Shown here piece after piece: positions 9,792 through 18,729 of a stretch of DNA of 60,875 nt. The position numbers and the translations under genes are program-made. The stretch lies in assembly GCA_043808175.1 (NCBI GenBank), contig JAZDFE010000030.1, positions 1-60,875 on the forward strand, read 5' to 3'. The stretch is from Candidatus Omnitrophota bacterium (GTDB taxonomy: Bacteria > Omnitrophota > Omnitrophia > Omnitrophales > Aquincolibacteriaceae). Position 1 is the first letter of the stretch, and every line of letters begins with the position of its first letter. The notes under the pieces are model-generated. The model was not told where the DNA came from and searched no databases. It worked only from the letters and a program-made list of their open reading frames with translations.

Positions 9792-11219
9792 CTAAAACTC
9801 AAAGCGCTTGGTGAGCAATAGCTGGAACTTGTTGTTGGTGTAGCTGTAATTGGTGATATTAGAGAGGGCGCGGTAAAATTCGTAGGAACCTGTAAAAACA
9901 ATATCCTTCAGGGGCTTGGGGAGGACCTTGCCGAAAAAGATCGTGTTAAGAGGCGCTCCGTAGGTCACGCGATACCGCAGGGACCTGTCATACCGGATAA
10001 TACTTGCAACGGAGAATTCCGGTGTCTCGTAACTGTCAAAGTTCACATTGAAGGAGTTGATCACGAACTGGCCCCGGGGCAAGATCCACGTATGCGTATT
10101 ATTCAGGCTCAGGCGCTGGTAGGCATTATAGTCTTGTTTGGCTTTTTTATCCGAATACCCGAAGCTGGACGTCCACTTCATGGTCGGGATGATCACGTAG
10201 CTGGCGCCCCAAACATGACTGAACTCGGGCCCCTTGTTTTCAACGGAATTCGTATTCTCCGAGACGTTCATGTAATCCTGGCGCTCGATCCTGAAATTAT
10301 AGAACCCCCTGAGTTTTTTGGTCAGGTCACGCTCAAAAAGAAAGTTCCCTCCCTGCGTCCTTAGGAAATTCTCGCTGGAAAGAAAAATATCGCTCGCGAC
10401 GAACGAAGGGGTGATATCGCAAAACTTGCTTTTGTAGGTCCCGCCGAGCTCGTACTGGAAGGAGCCGAGATCCAGCGAATTCACGTTCGTCTGTTCCTGG
10501 AGATAATACGTGAAATTCCCGAACACCGAATGCCCCGCCTGGAACCCGAGATCATGCGAGATGTCGAGGCTCGAGATATTCAAAAAATTCGTGTCCGCGC
10601 GCCGGTTGTTCGACCCGAGGAGGTCCTGTGCCACATTATTTACGAGCTGGATCTTCGAGGAGGGCGCGGCATTGCGATTCGTGTCATAGCCCCAACCGTT
10701 GCTTTGACGCAATCCAATATGGGTCCGGCGTTTCCTTTGTTTGATCTTCTTTTCGTAAGTGGTCACCTGCTCTCGGATCGCGGGCGGAAGCGTCACAGCT
10801 TTCAAAGACTCTAATTCTTTCCCGGCCTCATTCAGACTGTCCAAGCGGTATAGGACCACGGCATAAAGAAGCCGGACGTCCGCGAGATTGGGATTGACCA
10901 TCAGGATGCGTTCCAGAGTAGCGGCCGCGCTTAAAAGCTCCCCGCGGGCGATCTGCTCCTGAGCATAGCGGGCGTTCAGTTCGATATTGTCCGGATCCTT
11001 AAGGATATCTTCGTACGTGACCCCGGTCTTATATTTATCGTCCGCTGCCTTTTCCTTTGACTTTTCCGCAACGCGGGAGGCCTGCTTGGCACGATACGTC
11101 TCAGCGCGCAAGTTCTGCGTTTCGTTGGTGATATCCTCGGCAAAGGAACTTGGGCGGAACACAAGCAGAAAGAATATGAGAAGGGCAAGAGACTTCAGAG
11201 AAAATCTTAAGAACATCAT
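9792..11219 (-). CDS. TPR plus outer-membrane beta-barrel protein (Slam/DUF560-like)
   Basis: Signal peptide, TPR pair (AAATLERILMVNPN), GYDTNRN strand, alternating amphipathic strands, C-terminal Phe. Confidence 0.8.
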   Translation of the reverse strand: MMFLRFSLKSLALLIFFLLVFRPSSFAEDITNETQNLRAETYRAKQASRVAEKSKEKAADDKYKTGVTYEDILKDPDNIELNARYAQEQIARGELLSAAATLERILMVNPNLADVRLLYAVVLYRLDSLNEAGKELESLKAVTLPPAIREQVTTYEKKIKQRKRRTHIGLRQSNGWGYDTNRNAAPSSKIQLVNNVAQDLLGSNNRRADTNFLNISSLDISHDLGFQAGHSVFGNFTYYLQEQTNVNSLDLGSFQYELGGTYKSKFCDITPSFVASDIFLSSENFLRTQGGNFLFERDLTKKLRGFYNFRIERQDYMNVSENTNSVENKGPEFSHVWGASYVIIPTMKWTSSFGYSDKKAKQDYNAYQRLSLNNTHTWILPRGQFVINSFNVNFDSYETPEFSVASIIRYDRSLRYRVTYGAPLNTIFFGKVLPKPLKDIVFTGSYEFYRALSNITNYSYTNNKFQLLLTKRFEF

Positions 11220-11417
11220 CTTCCTTTCGTTTTTCGGCCCCAAAACCCGTGGACTTTCCTCCATGGGAAAACGGAGCCAGCGGCCTTCTTTAATTTTCGG
11301 CTCGCGGTAGTGTACCTTTAGCAATGTGAAAAAGCAAATTGCAAATCTCGAGAAATGGAGAACGCAAGCGTTTATCGTTGCCCGTTTCCCGTTCTCCGGT
11401 TTTCAGGTTATACTACC

Positions 11418-11507
11418 GTCATGTCCAATTCTCCATCAGAAAATTCAAAGGTTAATGGGACTAGCCCTGGCAACCTTCTATCAAAAAAAAATGGAGGCTA
11501 GGGCATG
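11418..11507 (+). repeat. 84-bp palindromic element (family A) at the helicase start
   Basis: Ungapped match to copies at 14014-14103 and 26120-26209; gtcatg/ggcatg 84 bp apart. Confidence 0.95.
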
Positions 11508-13472
11508 TCATTTCAATTGGACCCGTTCCAGCTCCAAGCCATCGAATGGATCGAAAAAGAACATTCCCTTCTTGTCTCCGCACCCACGGGCTCAGGCAAA
11601 ACGCTCATCGCCGAAAAAGCCGTCGAAAAAGCTCTCTCACGCGGCGAGCAAGTCATTTACACCGCCCCGATCAAGGCCCTGAGTAATCAGAAATTCCGGG
11701 ATTTCCAGGAACATTTTGGCAAAGAGACGGTCGGTATCCTCACCGGAGACGTTTCCATCAACCCGGGAGCGCCGCTCCTCATCATGACGACCGAGATCTA
11801 CCGGAATTCCCTTTTCGAGAACGCGGAACGCATCCAAAAGATCGGCTGGGTTATTTTTGACGAGGTCCATTATCTGGATGACGCCCAACGCGGCACGGTC
11901 TGGGAAGAAGCTCTCCTTTTCACGCCCCCGGAGATCCGCATCCTTGCTCTGAGCGCCACGATCCCGAACGTCCAGGAACTCGCGGACTGGATCCGTCAGA
12001 TCCACCAACGTCCCATCGCCGTGATCGAAGAGACGCATCGCCCCGTTCCGCTCCATTTTCTGTTCCAATGTCAAGGCAAGATCCTTACGAACACAAAATC
12101 GCTTAGAAAAGAAGGCTATCTTCAGCGCGACAATTGGCAGCTTTCCATGCGGGAAAGGCGCCGCGGGTTCCAATCTCCCCGCGCGCGACCGAATCGCCTC
12201 AATGACATCCTGAAGCATCTCATCAATGGGGATCAACTCCCCGCCATCTATTTTGCGTTCGGACGGAAACGCACAGCCATGCTTGCCTGGGAAGTCGCGC
12301 ACTTTGATCTTTTGAGGGAGGCAGAACGTCGCGAAGTCCGGACGCTTTATGACGAACTCCTGGCGCGCTACGACCTGGCCGGTGATAAGACCGCCGAAGA
12401 GATCCGCCCGCTCATCGAACAAGGTATTGCCTACCATCACGCGGGCATGCTTCCGACGCTCAAAGAGGTCGTCGAAAGACTTTTCACGAGCCGCCTGATC
12501 AAGCTCATCTTCACCACTGAAACCTTCGCGCTGGGGATCAACATGCCGGCGCGCACCGTGGTCTTCGACGAGCTTGAAAAATTCTACGGCACGGGGTTCA
12601 AACCGCTCACCACACGCGATTTTTTTCAAATGGCCGGACGCGCGGGACGGCGCGGCATGGACCCGGAAGGTTTCGTTTACTGCCGCATTCATCCGAACGA
12701 CATCCCCTTTCCCGAAGTGGAACGCATTCTTTACGGGAAACCGGAGCCTGTGCGCAGTCAGTTGAACGCCACGTACGCAACGCTCCTGAATCTTTACAGA
12801 ACGCTCGGGCACAAACTTCTCGAGATCTATCCTCGCTCCTTCCATTTTTTCCAGTCCTCCAAACGGAAACGCGACGAAGGGTTCGATCTTCTGAAGAACA
12901 AGCTCGCGCTCCTGCAGGAGATGGGCTACATCACCGACCAGGGGACGACAGAAACTCAGGGTATGCTCACGGTCAAAGGGGAATTCGCGGCCTCGATCTT
13001 CGGTTTTGAGCTGCTTCTTACGGAAATGTACACCGATGGCGCGTTGGAGCAGTTGGACGAGGCGAAATTGAACGTCTTTTTGGCGGGATTGATCTTTGAG
13101 CCGAGAAAGAACGACGAGGCCCCGCGGCTCGGCAAGGACCATGGCGAATTACTGAAAATGACCCAGCATTATCACCGGATGGTCTTCAAATGGGAATCCA
13201 ATTTCCGCGTCACGCCCCACACCAAGCCTCCCTATTTTCATCTCGCTCGCCCCATCGAGGCATGGACGCAAGGTAAGGATTTCGAAAAGATCTGTCAGCT
13301 GACCTCGGAAGACGAGGGAAGCCTAGTGCGTTACATACGGATGGTGATCCAACTCTTGCGGGAGATCGCCAATGCACCGCACGCCTCCGAAGGCCTCAAG
13401 GCGAAGGCAAGGCGCGCGAGAACTATGATCGACCGGGACGTGGTGGACGCAGAAAAGCAACTGCGGATCTAA
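11505..13472 (+). CDS. Ski2/HelY-like DEAD/DEAH-box helicase
   Basis: APTGSGKT, PIKALSNQK, DEVH, LSAT, HHAG, TETFALGINMPA, QMAGRAGRRG, DSHCT-like C-terminus. Confidence 0.95.
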   Translation: MSFQLDPFQLQAIEWIEKEHSLLVSAPTGSGKTLIAEKAVEKALSRGEQVIYTAPIKALSNQKFRDFQEHFGKETVGILTGDVSINPGAPLLIMTTEIYRNSLFENAERIQKIGWVIFDEVHYLDDAQRGTVWEEALLFTPPEIRILALSATIPNVQELADWIRQIHQRPIAVIEETHRPVPLHFLFQCQGKILTNTKSLRKEGYLQRDNWQLSMRERRRGFQSPRARPNRLNDILKHLINGDQLPAIYFAFGRKRTAMLAWEVAHFDLLREAERREVRTLYDELLARYDLAGDKTAEEIRPLIEQGIAYHHAGMLPTLKEVVERLFTSRLIKLIFTTETFALGINMPARTVVFDELEKFYGTGFKPLTTRDFFQMAGRAGRRGMDPEGFVYCRIHPNDIPFPEVERILYGKPEPVRSQLNATYATLLNLYRTLGHKLLEIYPRSFHFFQSSKRKRDEGFDLLKNKLALLQEMGYITDQGTTETQGMLTVKGEFAASIFGFELLLTEMYTDGALEQLDEAKLNVFLAGLIFEPRKNDEAPRLGKDHGELLKMTQHYHRMVFKWESNFRVTPHTKPPYFHLARPIEAWTQGKDFEKICQLTSEDEGSLVRYIRMVIQLLREIANAPHASEGLKAKARRARTMIDRDVVDAEKQLRI

Positions 13473-13500
13473 CGTTCTCTTTCTCCCAAAAGCGTTCCGT

Positions 13501-16500
13501 CTATTCTCCCAACTCTTGTTTCTCTGTCAGTCCTGCTTTTTCATCCTCTTGGCGGATCTTCTCAAGAATGATCGGTAACTTCCATTTTTCAATACGGCAT
13601 ACGGTGTCGTAAGGGCAGAAGCTTTCACAATCCCGGGGCCGCACCGGGATCTCGGATGACAAGATCTCCTTTGTGAACTTTTGGACGAACGCCACTGCCC
13701 GGTCCAAAGTCTTTTGGAACACTTCATCCGGAAGCTGCGACCGGGAGGAAAATTCTTTTTCAAATAACTGGGCGCCCCCTTCACTGTAAAACCCACTCCG
13801 TTTGTGATCACGAATGGAATAGATCTCGGCGCCGAGAGGCGTGAGGCCCAGGTGCTTTTTTGCGGCTAAAAGATAAAGCGGCAACTGGAGCGCGGTCCCG
13901 AGTTCGAGGCTCGCGGCCTTGAATCTCGCGGAACGTTTGTAGTCGATCACGACCGCGAACTTCTTTCCGTCATCCGTATCGATCCGATCCACCCGCCCCC
14001 GCAACTTGATCTTCTTGCCCTGGCATCTATTTTCTTCTGTCCGAAGGTTGCCAGGACTAGTCCGATTAACTTTCGAATTTTCTGATGGAGAATTGGACTT
14101 GCCTTCGCCTTCGATCTCGAGAGCCGAGTGGTCATTTTCTCCGAAGTCACCAAAGGAATATTCCACGTGGCACGGCTTGAAAGACGCATTTTCCAGCCGC
14201 TCCGCTTCATAACTTATAAAATCCACGAGCATCTCGAAGAGTTCGCGGCGATCGAGAGCTTCCTCGTAGGGTTCCGTCCACAGCATCGGATGCCGCTTGA
14301 AGCCTTCTTCTATCTCACGCCGGACGAATTCCTCGAGCTTCTCTTTCGGATCTTTTTTCCCGCAGGGATCAAAATACTGCTGGAGAACGTGATGCAGAAT
14401 GCTTCCTTTTTGCATCGCGCGGATATCCTCGCCTGTATCTTTCAACTTGAGGATCTTGTCGGAAAAATAACGAAAAGGACATTTGGCATAAGTCTCAAGC
14501 CGCGTAGGGCTCGTTTCCGAGATCTCGAAATATCCTCCTTTGAGGATCTTCTCATCCAGGATCTTCGCCTCGATGGGTCTCACGGCAGAAAGAAGACGTT
14601 CGCGGCTTTGAGGATCTCCCGAAAGTTGAGCTAAAGCCTTGCGAAGACCGGCCTCCTGCCCCCTTGCGTCACGAAGAGCGCCGACCACCGAAGCCTCCAA
14701 CTCACGATGCGTGATCGCCTCATCGACCTCGGGAAAAGGCCTCGAAAGGTCCTGACGTATCACGGGCACCTGCCCCCCAAAAAGCTCTTTTACTTCTTCA
14801 AGATAGAATGATGGCAGGGATTCTTTTCCCTCAAAATCAAGATGCGGGTAGCTTAAAAAGAGCTTCTCCTTCGCGCGCGTGATGGCGACATAGAAAAAAA
14901 ACCTCTCGATATTCTGACGGGGCAAACACTCCGCGAGAGGATGTTCCATGCCGCCATTCATCAATTTCCGTTCCCAGTCTGAAAGTAACGGATCTTCGCG
15001 GATCTGCATGGGAAAAACTTTTTCCAGGAGGCCCGCCACGAACACGACCCTGTATTCTTTCTGCCGGGCGAGCGAGACGTCATAGACCTGCACGCGGTTC
15101 TTGTCGCGCTCGTGGAGCGAATAAACGTCCAATTCGACGAGGCCGAGAAAATGATCGGCAAAACTTTCGAAAGAGATCTCCGAAACCCTGCTTTTCAGGA
15201 AATAGCCCCGCATCTCATCCAGAAGAGCCTCGAACCTTTTGACACAGGCTGCGTCCCGGCGCGTGAACGGCGTGTAGCGATCGCTGATCTCCAGGATCCC
15301 GAAAGTATCGTACGCCGCGCGTTTCAAGATCCGGATATGATCTTCCGCGGTCTTCGCCATCCGGAACCGGTCCTCGAGCTCCATGAGAGCTTTAAGCGTT
15401 TCGGTCTTTTTTTGATTGAACCCGGAGAGGCTTCCGGGCTCTCCGCATTTCCAGTCCCCAAGCCAGGCCTCGCGCGTAAGCGCCACGCCTTCCCGGAATG
15501 ACCGCTGTTCGAACTCCGCGAGCCACTCTTTGTCTTTTGCGATATCTTTTCCAAAACGACGCGTGTAGCCGGATTTCAGGAAAGCGAAAACATCCTCCCG
15601 CTTCCAGGCATTACGGAAAACCGAAAGAAGCGACGCGACCGCGGCGATCCAGGATGAGAATTTCAAACGGTCGCGTTCATGGATCTCGGCAGGGATCCCG
15701 TAACGCAAAAAGACCGAAGCGATGACCGGCGCATAATGCCGGATTTGACGGAACAGGACCGCAAAATCGCTGTAGCGGTAATCCCCGGTCGCGTAGAGCT
15801 TGTGGATCTGGCGGGCGATCAATTCGATCTCGCCCTCGGTCCCGATGGCGTCAAGCATAACGATATCCTGCCCCGGTTCCGGTACTGGTCCTGCAGATTT
15901 TTGAGAAAAAATATTTTTTTGAAGGAAAAGAAGCGGCGATTTCCCGGTGCGCCAGGAATGAGGTTTCATCGTCTGCGCTTTGAACCCGAGCTTCTCGAGG
16001 TCCTGCTCTGTCCGGCTCACGGCCTCAAAAGCATCTTCTTTCTCATTGCTATCTTCTTCCGTAAGAGTGATCGTGATGTCCTCCGTAATGGCGGAAAGCT
16101 CCCGGAGATATTCCAATTGTAAATTCGAAAAATCAAAAAATCCGTCAATCCAGATCCCTTTGAATTGCATACCCGGAAGATCCGCCTTCTTTTTCCTCTC
16201 CCGGAAGATGCGGAGAGCATCCTGGCTGTCCCGAAGCCCTTGCTTTTCGAGGCGCGCCTCGTATTGCTCATAGAAATCGGCGAGCGCTTCGTACTTCGCG
16301 GCATAGGTCGGTTCGAAACCCTTGAGCGCGTTCATGCGTTCGCGAAAAATTTCCGGAGGAACGCAGGACTCTTTGAGCTCGGTCATGAACTGCACCATCA
16401 GTCCCGGAAAACCCGGTTGCTCGCACACTCCCTCGAAATAATCCCATGCATTCTCGCGGACAAGGTCCCGGACAATCATCGTGCGGGTCAGACTGGAAGC

Positions 16501-16755
16501 CACGGGAACATCGGTTACGCGGAAAACGTCCCCCGCAAGCCGGGAGAGCGTGGTCACGCGTTTGTGGAAAAATCCTTTGAGGCCCCGCTGGATCAAAAGC
16601 GAGATTACGCGTTCGGTGTGTTCCGCGGAAGGAACGACGAAGAAAAGATCGGCAGCAAGAGGATCGACCGCACTCGAAAGCGCCTCTCCGAAAGAATCCA
16701 GAAGTCTATGGGTCTTCCCGCAACCGGCAGGACCTATTAATAGTGTCTGCGCCAT
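13501..16755 (-). CDS. addB: AddB/RexB-like helicase-nuclease subunit
   Basis: N-terminal GPAGCGKT, IDGF, FYVAITRA, CPFRYF, RGRVDRID..VIDYK nuclease motif, C-terminal Cys triad. Confidence 0.85.
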   Translation of the reverse strand: MAQTLLIGPAGCGKTHRLLDSFGEALSSAVDPLAADLFFVVPSAEHTERVISLLIQRGLKGFFHKRVTTLSRLAGDVFRVTDVPVASSLTRTMIVRDLVRENAWDYFEGVCEQPGFPGLMVQFMTELKESCVPPEIFRERMNALKGFEPTYAAKYEALADFYEQYEARLEKQGLRDSQDALRIFRERKKKADLPGMQFKGIWIDGFFDFSNLQLEYLRELSAITEDITITLTEEDSNEKEDAFEAVSRTEQDLEKLGFKAQTMKPHSWRTGKSPLLFLQKNIFSQKSAGPVPEPGQDIVMLDAIGTEGEIELIARQIHKLYATGDYRYSDFAVLFRQIRHYAPVIASVFLRYGIPAEIHERDRLKFSSWIAAVASLLSVFRNAWKREDVFAFLKSGYTRRFGKDIAKDKEWLAEFEQRSFREGVALTREAWLGDWKCGEPGSLSGFNQKKTETLKALMELEDRFRMAKTAEDHIRILKRAAYDTFGILEISDRYTPFTRRDAACVKRFEALLDEMRGYFLKSRVSEISFESFADHFLGLVELDVYSLHERDKNRVQVYDVSLARQKEYRVVFVAGLLEKVFPMQIREDPLLSDWERKLMNGGMEHPLAECLPRQNIERFFFYVAITRAKEKLFLSYPHLDFEGKESLPSFYLEEVKELFGGQVPVIRQDLSRPFPEVDEAITHRELEASVVGALRDARGQEAGLRKALAQLSGDPQSRERLLSAVRPIEAKILDEKILKGGYFEISETSPTRLETYAKCPFRYFSDKILKLKDTGEDIRAMQKGSILHHVLQQYFDPCGKKDPKEKLEEFVRREIEEGFKRHPMLWTEPYEEALDRRELFEMLVDFISYEAERLENASFKPCHVEYSFGDFGENDHSALEIEGEGKSNSPSENSKVNRTSPGNLRTEENRCQGKKIKLRGRVDRIDTDDGKKFAVVIDYKRSARFKAASLELGTALQLPLYLLAAKKHLGLTPLGAEIYSIRDHKRSGFYSEGGAQLFEKEFSSRSQLPDEVFQKTLDRAVAFVQKFTKEILSSEIPVRPRDCESFCPYDTVCRIEKWKLPIILEKIRQEDEKAGLTEKQELGE
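14014..14103 (-). repeat. 84-bp palindromic element (family A) in frame within addB
   Basis: GGCAAG repeated exactly 84 bp apart; encodes SNSPSENSKVNRTSPGNLRTEENRCQGK. Confidence 0.95.
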
Positions 16756-16761
16756 GTTTTT

Positions 16762-17163
16762 TTATTCATGGTAAACCGCACAACTATCCTGATTCTCCCA
16801 GAGCGTCACCTTGGAGACAGGAAGTTTCATGCGGCGGGCTTCTTGAAAGATCCGCCAGGCGAGCATTTCCGCGGTCGGGTTCTCGTCCACGAGCACCACG
16901 GGCTCGCCGGCTTTTTTGAGGAGCTTCGCGAGAGGGTCTTTCGTCCAGAGGATCATTTTGTGATCGAGATGCCGTTCGATCCACTCCCCGATCGTCCGCT
17001 TGATATCAAAAAAATCCACGACCATCCCCTTGGGGTTGAGCTTTGATCTCGCCATTTCGATCTCCACGCGCGCGCTGTGGCCGTGAAGATGTGAACATTT
17101 GTCATGTCCGCCCAAAAGCCGATGCCCATAATTAAAATAGATCATCTTTGCGACTTTATACAT
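16762..17163 (-). CDS. queD: 6-carboxytetrahydropterin synthase
   Basis: GHRL..KCSHLHGHS, GMVVDF, LDH, NPTAE, WE. Confidence 0.9.
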   Translation of the reverse strand: MYKVAKMIYFNYGHRLLGGHDKCSHLHGHSARVEIEMARSKLNPKGMVVDFFDIKRTIGEWIERHLDHKMILWTKDPLAKLLKKAGEPVVLVDENPTAEMLAWRIFQEARRMKLPVSKVTLWENQDSCAVYHE

Positions 17164-17329
17164 AGCTTGAATCCCTCGAGAACAGTTATGGGAATAATAA
17201 GACGTGGTCATTATGGACGATTTCCGGAGACAAGTCCAATTCTCCGGAAGACCTTTCCCATTGCCGGGGTATCGTATAGAATGCTGTCTCATTCACAGGA
17301 AACGCTCTCATCTCCTGAAAGGGTCCTTG

Positions 17330-17902
17330 ATGTCCGAGATCTCGGCTAGTGAACTGGAAAAAAAACTTTATATTGAAGTGGACGGCCAGCCGTATTTTGT
17401 GCTCGACGTCAAATTTGCAACGCCTTCCGCGCGCGGGGCTTCGACCATGGTCAAGGCCAAGGTGCGCAATCTCCTGAACGGCGCGGTGCTGGACAAGACT
17501 TTTAAGACAAGCGAGAAATTTGAAGTCCCCGACGTGGAAAAAGTTCCGGCAGTCTTTCAGTACATCACCGGCTCAGATTATTATTTTATGGATAATGTAG
17601 CTTATGAGGAATTTGTGCTCACCGCGGAAAAACTCGGCGAACAAAAACTTTATCTTAAGGAGAATCAGGAAGTGCTGGCTTTAAAGTTAAGGGGCACGGT
17701 GGTTTCGTTGGAGCTTCCGGTCTATGTCGAGCTCGCCATCACGGAAACCGATCCCGTCGTCAAAGGGATCTCCGCTTCCGGGCGTTCGCTGAAAAAAGCA
17801 AAGCTTGAAACAGGCCTCGAAGTCCAAGCGCCCCTTTACGCGGAAGCAGGAACTATCTTGCGTGTGAACACCGAAACCGGAGAAGTGTCCGGCCGTGCTT
17901 AA
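17330..17902 (+). CDS. efp: Elongation factor P-like protein (EfpL/YeiP type)
   Basis: EF-P fold motifs; tip loop TPSARGAST and KGISAS resemble YeiP/EfpL. Confidence 0.85.
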   Translation: MSEISASELEKKLYIEVDGQPYFVLDVKFATPSARGASTMVKAKVRNLLNGAVLDKTFKTSEKFEVPDVEKVPAVFQYITGSDYYFMDNVAYEEFVLTAEKLGEQKLYLKENQEVLALKLRGTVVSLELPVYVELAITETDPVVKGISASGRSLKKAKLETGLEVQAPLYAEAGTILRVNTETGEVSGRA

Positions 17903-17919
17903 AAGTCCCTTTTCCCTTT

Positions 17920-18150
17920 CTACCTGATGCCCATTCCGGCATCAACGGGCGAATCATCCATCGGCAGATTTTCGGGAGCCCTTTCGCCGGGCATGGAGTC
18001 CGTATCGCCTTCAAAAGCCGAAGGATCTGATCCGCCGTCATCATCCTGGCTAAAGACCTCCGTAACATCCGACTCGGCATACAATGCCGGCGTTCCCGTT
18101 AAAGCGACAAGAAAAAGAGCCGCCAACCCAAAAACCATTTTTTCTTTCAC
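17920..18150 (-). CDS. Small exported acidic protein
   Basis: GTG start with AGGAGG, signal peptide, Asp-rich tail. Confidence 0.65.
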   Translation of the reverse strand: MKEKMVFGLAALFLVALTGTPALYAESDVTEVFSQDDDGGSDPSAFEGDTDSMPGERAPENLPMDDSPVDAGMGIR

Positions 18151-18183
18151 AATTTCCTCCTTTTAAAAACGCACTCTGTCCGG

Positions 18184-18729
18184 CTAAGCGTACTCGTTAA
18201 ACGAACTGATCTCCGCTAAAGCCTTCCGCGTTTTGGGAACGATCTTATCGTCCGCAGAAAACCCAAGAGCGATCACAATATCGATCTTTTTATCTTTGGA
18301 GACCTGGAGCTCTTCTTTCAAAGCCTTTTCGTCGAACCAGCCGATCCAACAGCTTCCGATCCCAAGTTCCTGAGCTTGCAGGACCAAATGCTCGCAGGCA
18401 ATCCCGACATCCACAAGGCAATAACTTGTATCCCGGATCTGACCTCCGAACGACGCCAGAAACTTTTCTTTTTCCGAAACGACGGCGACAAGCGCCGGCG
18501 CTTCCATGGCGAACTTGTTCGTGGAATAGATCCCGGAAAAGATCCGCGTTGCCACACGCTTCCGGAGCTTTGGTTCGTCGATCACGATAAAATGCCACGG
18601 TTGAGAATTGCATCCCGAGGGCGCAAGGCGCGCCGCTTCAAGGCATTTGAGGATATCCTCCTTGGCGACCGGACGGTCCGCATAACACCTGACACTCCTC
18701 CGCTTGTGAACTAATTCTTCGAATGTCAT
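18184..18729 (-). CDS. Nitroreductase family protein
   Basis: RRSVR, APSGCNSQPWHF, LGIGSCWIG. Confidence 0.95.
   Translation of the reverse strand: MTFEELVHKRRSVRCYADRPVAKEDILKCLEAARLAPSGCNSQPWHFIVIDEPKLRKRVATRIFSGIYSTNKFAMEAPALVAVVSEKEKFLASFGGQIRDTSYCLVDVGIACEHLVLQAQELGIGSCWIGWFDEKALKEELQVSKDKKIDIVIALGFSADDKIVPKTRKALAEISSFNEYA

Noticed and set aside
11499-11501. In-frame TAG as evidence of amber recoding
   Set aside because: TAG ends ordinary genes here (for example pfp and FecR 2), and the downstream ATG has its own GGAGG
11637-13142. Long antisense ORFs (also 4747-5691, 19077-19976, 43104-43982, 53859-54797)
   Set aside because: Shadows of well-supported genes on the opposite strand, with no recognisable motifs
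11505-16755. Helicase plus nuclease as a defence system
   Set aside because: Convergent orientation, housekeeping context and composition; both fit HelY and AddB
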